NCBI GenBank assembly: GCA_964606745.1
Contig: CAZSHJ010000003.1
Span: 4,806-68,805, forward strand
Reading direction: 5' to 3'
Length of the DNA stretch: 64,000 nt
Origin: an uncultured Thermoplasmatales archaeon
Lineage (GTDB): Archaea > Thermoplasmatota > E2 > UBA202 > DSCA01
Below the pieces are notes generated by a model. The model was not told the origin of the DNA. It made no database searches and saw nothing but the letters and a program-made list of their open reading frames with translations. A program made the translations under genes and the position numbers. Shown here piece after piece: positions 20,818-30,033 of the stretch; positions within the stretch are counted from its first letter, which is position 1; each line of letters starts with the position of its first letter.

Positions 20818-20936
20818 GGGCCGGTAGATCAGCTGGAAGATCGCCACCTTCGCAAGGTGGAGGCCACGGGTTCAAAAGAGGGGGTTGCACCTCATTAAGG
20901 GGGGATGCAACCTGTTTGAAAATCCCGTCCGGTCCA
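20818..20936 (+). tRNA. tRNA-Ala(CGC) with a ~46-nt intron in the T-loop, near positions 59/60.
   Basis: Acceptor stem GGGCCGG/CCGGTCC includes a G3:U70 pair. D-arm is GATC/GATC. Anticodon stem CCACC/GGTGG has loop TTCGCAA. T-stem ACGGG/CCCGT is interrupted after TTCAAA by AGAGGGGGTTGCACCTCATTAAGGGGGGATGCAACCTGTTTGAAAA, which can form a hairpin and pair with the exon, consistent with a BHB-like fold. Confidence 0.7.
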
Positions 20937-21070
20937 TATTTTTGATTTAAAAAGACCAGAAGAAAATTAAATGAATTAGCAGGGGCGGTATTTGTTTAGA
21001 TAATAGATAGAGGTCAGTGTTCTGAAGCTGAGGATTGTCCATTAGATAAGGCCACACTATATTTTGAAGA

Positions 21071-22507
21071 GTGAAAGCCATCCTCATAAGGAGAGAACTT
21101 CAGACGCCTGGTCAGTATCAAATGATAAATAAGTTTAAAAATAATGAAATTCTATTAAATTATATGGGCTTTCAAAATAAATCAAAATCAGTCGCACTAA
21201 TTGTATTATTGATTGTTCCATCATTTTTTTCCCTCGTGTTTATAGTTGATCCAGCGGATTCATTGGCGGGAGGTCTAGAGTATAACAAAAACTCAGAGCC
21301 AGTTTGTACTATTGATAATAAAGCATTGATTAAGAGCGATATGTGCTGTCTTGAGTATGGTAATGAAACGTTATGTCGAAAAATTGGAACCTTTCAGGAT
21401 TCTAATTTTAGTGTCAAATGTGAATATTATATGGGCATTAGAAAGGAGAATGTTTTAATGTATTTTTTTACATATGAACTTAACAACTCTGGAAAATTTT
21501 ACCCTCTTGTAATCAATCTTTATACGTGGCCAGAAAAAATAGTTACAGATGATTTTGAAAACCCACTAAATGAAGAACCTTTAATGGTAGATACGTTTCC
21601 TTTTGTTTTATCAGGAAATAATAGAAGTTTGTACTTCCCCGAAAATAAGAATTATGAATATTACCTCTCTAATTCACAAGGAGAATATATATTATACATT
21701 TACTCAAAAACATCGAAAAATACAGACCATTCATCGATAGAAATGGTTGCAGTTTCAAGTGTTTTAAATAAATCAAACTTTCATGAATGCTCCCCTATTT
21801 ATCTATACGAAAATCCGCCGACTTGGAGTTCGTTTGGTCCAGAGCGGACAAAAATTGAAATAAAAAAATTTTTCACAGGAAGAATGTTGAGTTGGCATCC
21901 TGAATTGCCTTATGTAGAATTATCACTGGAAATATGTCCACCCAATGAAAGTGATAATGGAAATAAGACCTTGGTTATCAAATTTAACGGCATTTCGGGG
22001 ATGATGACTGAGAACGTATCGTATGATATAAACAATAAAAGATGGTGCTTCCCAGAAGAAGGCACAGAGCAGATATATTTTAACTATAATAGTTGGTTGT
22101 ACCCATTAAGTAAGTACATAACAACAATAAAAATTGATAGCAACATATCATTCAATGGTAGCCAATCTTTGGAGATACCTGGCAAACAACTACTGGATGC
22201 TGAGGTTATCTATAAATGGGATGAGATAAAAATCGAAGTGTATAACAATTGGTGGACGTGCATTCTATTGATTTTTATTTTGTTATCTTATTTGCCTGCT
22301 ATTAGTTGGTTTAGGAAATACCTAAAAGATGAAGAAAAAACATTCTCGTCATCGTTGGTGGTGTACGAGGTCATTCCAATTCTCTTTAGTGGTTTCTCGT
22401 TGTTAGTTAACTGGATTCCACTGAAGAGTATCTTATTTTTGGTATTGCTATCGAGCTGGGTATTCATTCCCTTAACTTTTGGTTTAATTAAAAAATATAA
22501 ACGTTGA
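21071..22507 (+). CDS. Asn-rich secreted/membrane hypothetical protein. AT-rich and likely foreign. The true start is probably near 21127.
   Basis: 478 aa with an N-terminal TM segment, C-terminal TM helices and many N-x-S/T sites. GC is about 33% versus about 48% in neighbouring rad50. Confidence 0.4.
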   Translation: MKAILIRRELQTPGQYQMINKFKNNEILLNYMGFQNKSKSVALIVLLIVPSFFSLVFIVDPADSLAGGLEYNKNSEPVCTIDNKALIKSDMCCLEYGNETLCRKIGTFQDSNFSVKCEYYMGIRKENVLMYFFTYELNNSGKFYPLVINLYTWPEKIVTDDFENPLNEEPLMVDTFPFVLSGNNRSLYFPENKNYEYYLSNSQGEYILYIYSKTSKNTDHSSIEMVAVSSVLNKSNFHECSPIYLYENPPTWSSFGPERTKIEIKKFFTGRMLSWHPELPYVELSLEICPPNESDNGNKTLVIKFNGISGMMTENVSYDINNKRWCFPEEGTEQIYFNYNSWLYPLSKYITTIKIDSNISFNGSQSLEIPGKQLLDAEVIYKWDEIKIEVYNNWWTCILLIFILLSYLPAISWFRKYLKDEEKTFSSSLVVYEVIPILFSGFSLLVNWIPLKSILFLVLLSSWVFIPLTFGLIKKYKR

Positions 22508-22606
22508 AATTTAGTTGTGACATTTTTTCACTACCACTGGCCATTAAGGTAGTCAAGTAGGATGGCAAGAAAACAGATAAGATGAATCATGTGGTTTTTG
22601 CATTAT

Positions 22607-23020
22607 TTACATAAACTTCCTTTTGATCCAGGTCCTATCAAAATCTCTGTCATTTGAATAAATCGTGCTTATATTCATCCTTTTCATAACAGCTAATGAA
22701 ATGCAGTCATTGAAATCGATTTTATACTTTTTTACAAATTCAGATGCCGCTATAAAGTCTCTCATATCTAAGGGTATTATCTCCAGGTGGAATATTGAGG
22801 ATATTAGTTTTATTTCTTCTTCTATCTCTTCTGACCTTTTATGTTTTTCAAGCCACCAACATACTTCTGCAAGATTTATTTGAGAGGTTACTGCTTTCTC
22901 TCCACTATCAATTCTCTCCAGTATTATTTTTGATACCTCTCCAAACTCAGGGTGTCCCTGGATGGCATAAATGAAGACATTGGTATCTACAAATCTTCTT
23001 CTATTCTTTTCTTCATCCAT
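22607..23020 (-). CDS. vapC: PIN-domain ribonuclease, a VapC-type toxin.
   Basis: FVDTNVFIYAI plus conserved acidic residues including SNDRDFD. Confidence 0.75.
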   Translation of the reverse strand: MDEEKNRRRFVDTNVFIYAIQGHPEFGEVSKIILERIDSGEKAVTSQINLAEVCWWLEKHKRSEEIEEEIKLISSIFHLEIIPLDMRDFIAASEFVKKYKIDFNDCISLAVMKRMNISTIYSNDRDFDRTWIKRKFM

Positions 23021-23235
23021 TCTCTGGCCTCTCTTTTTGGATTTTTCTCTGGCTTTACTTTTACGCTTCCATACAATTTTTCCACAGGTTTTTCTACCAT
23101 ATCCTTGGATCTTATTACCAGTTTTTTATCATCTATCGAGATCAATATCTTTTCTCCCTCCCCTATTTTCAGTATCTTTCTCATTTTCTTGGGGATGACA
23201 ACTCTCCCGCCCACCGATACTTTCATTTCTTCCAT
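22987..23235 (-). CDS. vapB: AbrB/SpoVT-family antitoxin (VapB). The start is trimmed to the MEEMKVS methionine.
   Basis: A swapped-hairpin motif VSVGGRVVIPKKMRKILKIGEGEKILI lies just upstream of vapC and overlaps it. Confidence 0.6.
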   Translation of the reverse strand: MEEMKVSVGGRVVIPKKMRKILKIGEGEKILISIDDKKLVIRSKDMVEKPVEKLYGSVKVKPEKNPKREAREWMKKRIEEDL

Positions 23236-23351
23236 TTTCCCACAAAATACATGTAGTTTTGGTATATAATATTTGTCATTAAATATTATCCATAGAGATT
23301 TTGTCAAATAAAAGATGGTACAATTCTCTTGTCAACTAGTTATTAATAGCA

Positions 23352-23465
23352 ATGATTTGTAAAATCTGTGACATGAACGAGACAACCAACTCTGACGGCA
23401 TCTGCGATTACTGCAAACTATCAATGTTGTTTAATAAAGATACTCGCTTATTATACGCCGTATGA
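23352..23465 (+). CDS. Mini-ORF encoding a 37-aa zinc-ribbon peptide (CxxC-x10-CxxC), copy A.
   Basis: MICKICDMNETTNSDGICDYCKLSMLFNKDTRLLYAV. A copy about 85% identical at the nucleotide level lies at 26007. Confidence 0.4.
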   Translation: MICKICDMNETTNSDGICDYCKLSMLFNKDTRLLYAV

Positions 23466-23483
23466 TGCAGCCGTGAAATCTTT

Positions 23484-24548
23484 TCATAACCACTTTTTTC
23501 TCTTGAAATATACTAACATTGAGATACCTATAATACCCATTACAAGCAAACCTGCAAAATAACCCCAATGCCAGCCAAGCTCCGGCATATACTGGAAATT
23601 CATCCCGTAGATTCCTGCTATAAAAGTAAGTGGTATGAATATAGTGGCTGTGATGGTCAGCACCTTCATAACTTCGTTCATCCTGTTGCTCACACTGGAA
23701 AGGTAAATATCCAGCATTCCTGATAACATGTCACGGGACGTCTCTATGGCGTCCATCACCTGGATTGTATGGTCGTAAACATCCCTGAAGTATATTTGTG
23801 TGGACTCTTGAACAAGTTTTGATTCCCCCCTTTCCAGACCGCCAATGACTTCCCTTAAGGGCCACACCGACTTGCGCAGGAATATCATCTCTCTTTTCAG
23901 GCTGTGGATTGCCTGCAACGTTTCTGGTGTTGGGTTTGTCACCAGATCCTCCTCCATACCCTCTAACTTCTCACCAACCTTTTCCAAGATCACAAAATAA
24001 TTGTCAATGACACTGTCTATTAACGCGTAGGCAAGGTAGTCCGCGCCCATTTTTCTAATGCGGCCTTTGCTACCACCTATCCTTTCGCGAATGGGGTTAA
24101 ATACATCCCCTTTCCTCTCCTGGAAGGAAATTACGAAATTTTTACTGATTATTAAACTTACCTGCTTTGTCTTAATCTCATCCTCTTTTTCATCGTAATA
24201 AATCATTTTTAAAACCACGAAGATGTAATCTCCAAAGTCCTCCATTTTCGGGCGTTGACCTGTATTAACAATATCTTCCAGAACAAGGGGATGCAAACCA
24301 AAATGCTTTCCTATCGCCTCTATAATACCAAGATTGTGTATCCCGTCTATGTTTATCCAGGTTACTGTGGGCTTGTCCTTAAAAGGAAGGCATTCCTCAA
24401 CCTTTTTTACTTCCCTCTCCTCAAAATGCTTTTCATCATAATCAATAATTGTAACCTTAATTGTCTCATCCTTTTCCTTGCCCACATGGACAAGAGTCCC
24501 GGGGGGGAGTCCAGCCTTTTTTGATATTTTTTTAATCAATCGCGACAT
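23484..24548 (-). CDS. corA: CorA magnesium/cobalt transporter.
   Basis: 354 aa with two C-terminal TM helices and the YGMNF signature. Confidence 0.85.
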   Translation of the reverse strand: MSRLIKKISKKAGLPPGTLVHVGKEKDETIKVTIIDYDEKHFEEREVKKVEECLPFKDKPTVTWINIDGIHNLGIIEAIGKHFGLHPLVLEDIVNTGQRPKMEDFGDYIFVVLKMIYYDEKEDEIKTKQVSLIISKNFVISFQERKGDVFNPIRERIGGSKGRIRKMGADYLAYALIDSVIDNYFVILEKVGEKLEGMEEDLVTNPTPETLQAIHSLKREMIFLRKSVWPLREVIGGLERGESKLVQESTQIYFRDVYDHTIQVMDAIETSRDMLSGMLDIYLSSVSNRMNEVMKVLTITATIFIPLTFIAGIYGMNFQYMPELGWHWGYFAGLLVMGIIGISMLVYFKRKKWL

Positions 24549-24802
24549 ATCTACTCATCTCTCACGCCGGGGGTAATATGGTGTATAACTCATATTTCAC
24601 GAACTTTTCACTCCCATAGCCATCTAACCGGAAGCTATTGCGAACTTTTATTAGCCCCAACCGCACATGTAGTAATCATATCTCTAAATTTAAACATTCC
24701 TAAAAATCTTTCTGGCTGTTTACATATTATAAAAATGATAAACTACAATCTGTAGTCTATTCTGTGGCTATTTACTTAAATCCATAGCACATATAGTATT
24801 GT

Positions 24803-25135
24803 ATGCCCAAGAGTAAAGAAAAACTGAAAAAAGAAATTGGGATGTTAATCAACCAGGGATACAAAGAAATCCCTGACCATGAAATGATGGGCAAAACACT
24901 TCGCATGAGAAGAGGAGACCAGCAGTTTTTCTATCCGGATACAAAAAAGGTTATTCAAATGGTAAGGCGTGGCTCTAAGGATAACAAACTTTACTATGTT
25001 GTTTACGGGGACAGAAAATACCATGATGATCTATTCCTCGTACCAGCAGAAAACTTTGGAGATGAATTACCCGGCAAAGACCAGAAAACCTTTTCCCAGT
25101 TGAACGCCCGAAAATGGAGTGAAAAAAGGAAATGA
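24803..25135 (+). CDS. Hypothetical basic protein.
   Basis: 110-aa ORF with no motif. Confidence 0.35.
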   Translation: MPKSKEKLKKEIGMLINQGYKEIPDHEMMGKTLRMRRGDQQFFYPDTKKVIQMVRRGSKDNKLYYVVYGDRKYHDDLFLVPAENFGDELPGKDQKTFSQLNARKWSEKRK

Positions 25136-25992
25136 TTAAAATGGAAAAGAGGATATTAGGTGTTTTGGTTTGTGTACTGATGATTGCAACGGTTTTTCCA
25201 ACTGTGGCAATAGGAAGTGAAGAATTGGTTTATTCTCTTCGGCAGATAAATTGTGACTACCTGGAGATAAATGTTACAACAGATAAGCAAAGTTATCAAA
25301 AAGGCGAACCAGTCAACATCATCATTACAAATGTTGATGAAGTGCCTATGTTAGGTTTTCCTTATCTTGACATCTATAACGTCTCCGCAAATGACCTTGT
25401 ATTTTGGGCACGACCTGTGGACATGCCTGATTTATGTCAACTTGACCCCGGGGAAAGCCAAAATTATACCTGGAATCAAAAAGATATGCATGAAAATCAA
25501 GTAGATGTTGGAGAATATATGGTTCTTTTCACCCTCATGGCTTGCTTTGGACCAGTTGCCAGAGACAACGCTAAATTTATGATATTTGACCGTTCTTTAA
25601 ACGAACCACCAAATCAACCAACAAAGCCTTCTGGTAAAACAAATGGAGAAACAGGTACCTCATACTCATACTCATCGTCAACCACTGACCCGGAAGGAAA
25701 TCAAATCTACTATATGTTTGACTGGGATGACGGAACCAACAGTGGTTGGATTGGGCCATTCGACCCAGGACAGCCAGCAAGCGAATCACACATCTGGAAT
25801 GCTCAGGGTTCATATCAAATCAAAGTAAAAGCCAAAGATGAATATAACGCAGAAAGCGATTGGTCTGATCCTTTGCCAGTTAGCATGCCAAAAATCTATG
25901 AAAATACGTTATTAGCATTGCTGGAAAAACTCAATGAATGGTTTATGCAAGCATTTGGAAGAGAGATATTGTCGTGGGCGTTCAACCTATAA
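25132..25992 (+). CDS. Secreted protein with a PKD-like domain.
   Basis: Signal peptide, plus YYMFDWDDGTNSGWIGPF...QIKVKAKDEYNAESDWSD, which is PKD-like. Confidence 0.5.
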   Translation: MIKMEKRILGVLVCVLMIATVFPTVAIGSEELVYSLRQINCDYLEINVTTDKQSYQKGEPVNIIITNVDEVPMLGFPYLDIYNVSANDLVFWARPVDMPDLCQLDPGESQNYTWNQKDMHENQVDVGEYMVLFTLMACFGPVARDNAKFMIFDRSLNEPPNQPTKPSGKTNGETGTSYSYSSSTTDPEGNQIYYMFDWDDGTNSGWIGPFDPGQPASESHIWNAQGSYQIKVKAKDEYNAESDWSDPLPVSMPKIYENTLLALLEKLNEWFMQAFGREILSWAFNL

Positions 25993-26006
25993 AATATCTT
26001 GAAAAA

Positions 26007-26100
26007 ATGATTTGTAAAATCTGCGGCGTGAACGAGACAACCAACTCTGACGTCATCTGTGATTACTACAAGCTCTCCCTACTGTTCAATTACTACCTGC
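26007..26100 (+). pseudogene. Degenerate copy B of the zinc-ribbon mini-ORF; the fourth Cys is replaced by Tyr.
   Basis: MICKICGVNETTNSDVICDYYKLSLLFNYY. It is embedded in a longer spurious ORF (25938..26258) that runs into the 3' end of the peptidase gene. Confidence 0.35.
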
Positions 26101-26139
26101 GGTTGCCGGAATTCTCTGCACGGATATGGCAATGGTTGT

Positions 26140-28737
26140 CTACGGATATCCGCCTATTCTCAAGCTCGGGTCGCCCAGCAGAATCCACTGCTGCACGGCT
26201 TTTTCATCTATGGAATCCCATCCCAAGTCGGGGAACCACCAGCATTCGGGCAGTGTAAAGGACTTGAAGTGGCTGATGTAGCTGGTCTGGGTCTGGGCGT
26301 ATGCGGTACCCAGCATGTCATATTCATGCTCGCCGTACTGGCGGAAGAACTCCGAGGTAATCCAACCGTCTCCTGCCCCAACCGTACAGAACTCTCCTTC
26401 CCAGCCCCAGCCGAAGCCCGTGTTGCCCATGGATGCAATAGCTCCCGTTTCGGGCATCTTCACAATATACCAACTCCAGCATTCAGGTGTGGGCTGACCG
26501 TAGGTGTGCATGTAGATATTTTTACCGAAGAAGAGCAGGAAGAAGATATCCAGTACTGAGGGAACCAGTGACACGTTGAACAGGCTGTTGTGACAGCCAC
26601 CCACTACCACCACCGGATATTTACCCGTATTGGCCAGCTGCTTCATGGGAAATGCCGGAAATTGTATCCAGGGGAAGAATGGGGAAACCTGGGAAACTGT
26701 AAGGCCGTCCACCGAACCGTACTGTCGGTTGCCGGGTATGCCGGGATATTGGTCGCCCCAATACCCAGGGCTGCCGTGCCCGGAGAAAAAGGCGAAACCG
26801 TGACCCTGGCTGAAGGCCTCGATGATGTCAGTCTGACCGGTAAATCGGCCGTTGGATGTCCATACAATCTCCTGTTCAAACCGCTCCGGCATGTAGTAGA
26901 GGGCTCCTCCTCGACCGTGCAGGGACTTGGCACCGGTGACCCATTCGCCTTCATAATAGACCTCGGTGTGGTTGCGGTAGTCGTTGAACATCACCTCCCC
27001 GTTGCTGTTTTCTATCCACAGGTGTACGTCCGTGACGTTGCCGTAGGGCTGCGGGTCATAAGACTTGCCTCTGATGTGCAACACGCCGTCCATGTAAGAA
27101 ACGTTTGCCCACCAGAAAAGAGTGTTGCAGTACGCCTCGCTCTCGCTGGGGGTGTACGAATAGTCATCGCTGCCCAGGACATCGCCATCAGATATAGATA
27201 CGATTTCAGTAATAGGTGGGGCCGGATACCCATCTTGCAGGGCAGGATTGAGATGGTCGTCGTGGTTGAAATGCAGTTCGGTGTCGGCACCCCGGTCAAG
27301 GTCAACGTTAACCACGTCAGCTGGGCCAGTGTCGCCATCGTCGTTGGTGCTCTGGGCGTAAATGGTGTATTGTCCGTCGGGAAGACCCGTGGTGTCCCAT
27401 TGGAAGTCCATGTCATGCTGGTCAAGAAACCCGTCGCCGGACGCCACCATGACGCTCTCAAACCAGTCGGCATTGTAGGTAGTGGTCTCGTAAGTGATAA
27501 TCTTATTCACCACGTCCTTAACCTCCTGGACGTTCCGGCAGGCCAGCCGGCCCACGGCTACATCCGGGTATAGGTCTGTAACATCCTCCGGGGCACCTGT
27601 CTCGTCGGTCCATTCGGCAAAGATGCCGTTGCCGTTGCTGTCCCAGTCCTCAAATGCACCCCCTGTCTTGTAGATGTCGGCGTAATACAAGTCGCAGGGA
27701 TAACCGGGCTCTCCGGACACCAGATTTGAATATCTTACGGGTACGTGCCATCCCTGAACTCCGCAGTTGGCATTGTCACGGGGCTTGGCATACAACAAGG
27801 ACTTGAGTCCGCCGGCTAGGATAACGTATTTAATGCCCCAAGACTCGATGGCGTCTTTGATGAAATATTTAATTTTCTCTGGCTCATCCACACCGTCATA
27901 CTGGGCGTAGATGTCCTCGGTGGTTTGGAGAAGGGTTGTAATGCCCATGCTGGTCTTGTGGTCCGCCAGCCACTGCAGTTCGGAGGAAAAGATTTGAGGG
28001 GCAATTATCACCAGGTCGTAGGCGCCGGCACGGGTAAGAGTGACGGCGGGTGAATCGTAAGTGATATGCATATCAGCACCGTCGGCCACATACAGCAGGT
28101 TATCTCCCGGTATATAGCGGACGGGGTAGAGGTTAACGGTTACGTAGGTGACATGCTCCATCTCTCCGTTCAGTCCGCAGCCCACGTTGTAACTGTACCA
28201 TGCGGCGGGGAACGGCTGATGGCTGTTATATAGTGAAATATCTTTTCCGGGCGGCGCGTACCCTTCAATGGGGGATAGGGGCATGGGTGCCGGAGCAGGG
28301 AGAACCTGATCCTGAACGGACTGCTCGTGTATACCGCGTGGTTCCACGGCCACTCTGACATTGCGTACTCCGAAGGGCAGTTGGAAGGTCTGTACCGTGC
28401 GGGGAAGCAGGGGCTTGCCAGGGTTAAGGAGGTAGTCTGTTCCATCACACTCCAGCCGGATATATCCGTCCGTACCTCTGGTGGAGGTAACTGATGAAAA
28501 ATCAATGGTTGCAGTGCGGGGGGCATACATGCCAGACGGCGATGTGCGGTAATCCGTCCCGTGGTTCACGGAAACAGCGGCTGCCCCCAGCCCACCCAAA
28601 ACAATCATGTACACAACGGCAATAGCGAGTATTTTTTTCATAATATCACATGCATATATCGGCTGCTGACTATTAAAAATTTTGTTGGTTGATAATTGAA
28701 AGGCATTATTGGGAAAACTCAATTTTAGAATTGTCAA
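26140..28737 (-). CDS. Secreted clan-CD (C25/gingipain-like) peptidase-like protein, paralog 2. GC-rich, with a ~230-aa Ig-like insertion.
   Basis: 865 aa with a signal peptide. SGHGSPGYWG and VVVGGCHNS His/Cys blocks are present. Blocks EKIKYFIKDAIESWGIKYVILAGG, DWDSNGNGIFAEW...YPDVAVGRLACRN and the C-terminal LLGDPSLRIGGYP are shared with paralog 1. GC is markedly higher than in its neighbours. Confidence 0.6.
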   Translation of the reverse strand: MTILKLSFPNNAFQLSTNKIFNSQQPIYACDIMKKILAIAVVYMIVLGGLGAAAVSVNHGTDYRTSPSGMYAPRTATIDFSSVTSTRGTDGYIRLECDGTDYLLNPGKPLLPRTVQTFQLPFGVRNVRVAVEPRGIHEQSVQDQVLPAPAPMPLSPIEGYAPPGKDISLYNSHQPFPAAWYSYNVGCGLNGEMEHVTYVTVNLYPVRYIPGDNLLYVADGADMHITYDSPAVTLTRAGAYDLVIIAPQIFSSELQWLADHKTSMGITTLLQTTEDIYAQYDGVDEPEKIKYFIKDAIESWGIKYVILAGGLKSLLYAKPRDNANCGVQGWHVPVRYSNLVSGEPGYPCDLYYADIYKTGGAFEDWDSNGNGIFAEWTDETGAPEDVTDLYPDVAVGRLACRNVQEVKDVVNKIITYETTTYNADWFESVMVASGDGFLDQHDMDFQWDTTGLPDGQYTIYAQSTNDDGDTGPADVVNVDLDRGADTELHFNHDDHLNPALQDGYPAPPITEIVSISDGDVLGSDDYSYTPSESEAYCNTLFWWANVSYMDGVLHIRGKSYDPQPYGNVTDVHLWIENSNGEVMFNDYRNHTEVYYEGEWVTGAKSLHGRGGALYYMPERFEQEIVWTSNGRFTGQTDIIEAFSQGHGFAFFSGHGSPGYWGDQYPGIPGNRQYGSVDGLTVSQVSPFFPWIQFPAFPMKQLANTGKYPVVVVGGCHNSLFNVSLVPSVLDIFFLLFFGKNIYMHTYGQPTPECWSWYIVKMPETGAIASMGNTGFGWGWEGEFCTVGAGDGWITSEFFRQYGEHEYDMLGTAYAQTQTSYISHFKSFTLPECWWFPDLGWDSIDEKAVQQWILLGDPSLRIGGYP

Positions 28738-28997
28738 TTATATGCTGTGGAACTTTTTTAACTTTCTCCCGCTAAAATCACAGCATGACAAGAAAAGTCA
28801 TCTGTTGCATCTGCACGCTTTCCATGTTGTTTAGTAAATGTATTCTGGCAAATGTTTTTTAGAAAGGAGTTGTTGGATTGGTGGGAATGGTTTCATTCAA
28901 ATTTTAATTATATGCCTAGCTAGCAATTAAACTGTGATGTGAAAATGCAAATAATGCAAATGATTTTAAGACGGTAAACCATTTATAAACGGTTAAA

Positions 28998-29681
28998 ATG
29001 AATGACAAGAAGAAAATACCTGTTTTGGGTATGGAGGAAAAGACCTACGGAATGATTTGGGGCACGGTAGCAATTGTTCTGGGATTAGTCATACTCCTAT
29101 TTGTCTTCTCCCAGGCGTATGATATCGTACAGAATCCCTCAGAGAAACTAGATAAATGGGTGCCTGAGGAGATAGAAGGACCAACTGCATCATTTAGTTG
29201 GATATCTCATGACAACTCTGTTACCTTCAATGACGATTCTAAGGAGGGAGACGGAGAGATAACGAGTTGGCACTGGGATTTTGATGACAGCTCCTCGAGC
29301 AATGAGGAGAACCCCCGTCACGATTATTCCGGCTATGGAGAGTATACCGTATCTTTAGAAGTTGAGGATGAGAACGGCAAGAGCGGCAGTGTAGATACAA
29401 TTGTGCATTTGGAGGAGGGTTCCAACGATGGTCATACTGAAGAGGGTTTTCCTTTTGACCTGGGTATTATTGGCAACGTACTCGAAAGGTTTGTCATTGT
29501 AGGTCTTTTGACAGGTCTCTTTGCTGTTTTGGTCATGATTGGTGGGAGAATCACCATGGCTGGTTGTTATCTCCTGAGACCAATGCCAAAGACCTTCAAA
29601 GTTAAAGTGAAACCCAGGGACATGGAGATTGAGATTCCGAGCAAACAGATAGAAGAAAATCAACCAGAAAAACAAACATAA
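28998..29681 (+). CDS. Membrane protein with an extracellular PKD domain.
   Basis: An N-terminal TM segment, WHWDFDDSSSSNEENPRHDYSGYGEYTVSLEVEDENG (PKD-like), and a C-terminal TM segment. Confidence 0.5.
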   Translation: MNDKKKIPVLGMEEKTYGMIWGTVAIVLGLVILLFVFSQAYDIVQNPSEKLDKWVPEEIEGPTASFSWISHDNSVTFNDDSKEGDGEITSWHWDFDDSSSSNEENPRHDYSGYGEYTVSLEVEDENGKSGSVDTIVHLEEGSNDGHTEEGFPFDLGIIGNVLERFVIVGLLTGLFAVLVMIGGRITMAGCYLLRPMPKTFKVKVKPRDMEIEIPSKQIEENQPEKQT

Positions 29682-30033
29682 GAAAAATAAAAAATTACGA
29701 TATTGAAGTTGGCCTTATATTGAGAAATGAATTGCTGGGCTTATGGGACTGAATTTATTTTGAGTCCTGCAATTCGAGTCTTACTCAAATTCTTGCCTAC
29801 CCTTTGTATCAGTGTATTAGAATATAACATCTGCAAGATTTCAAAACAAACAGAATACCATCAAGTATAAATATCAGGAGGAACTATTCGCTGTTAACAA
29901 CGTACAATTTAGGGAGTATGAAATTATTTACTCTTTTTGTTAGTTGCTGTTGATATAAGATAAGAAGGTAGAAAATGAAAAACGAAAAAGAAACAATGGT
30001 GATATCCACCAATCTATTTGAGGTTTAATTAAT

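Noticed and set aside
26590-27573. A 327-aa + strand ORF and several 60-150-aa ORFs overlapping the GC-rich peptidase gene.
   Set aside because: High GC suppresses stop codons in all frames. The minus-strand product has a signal peptide and paralog-conserved blocks, and the + strand products have none.
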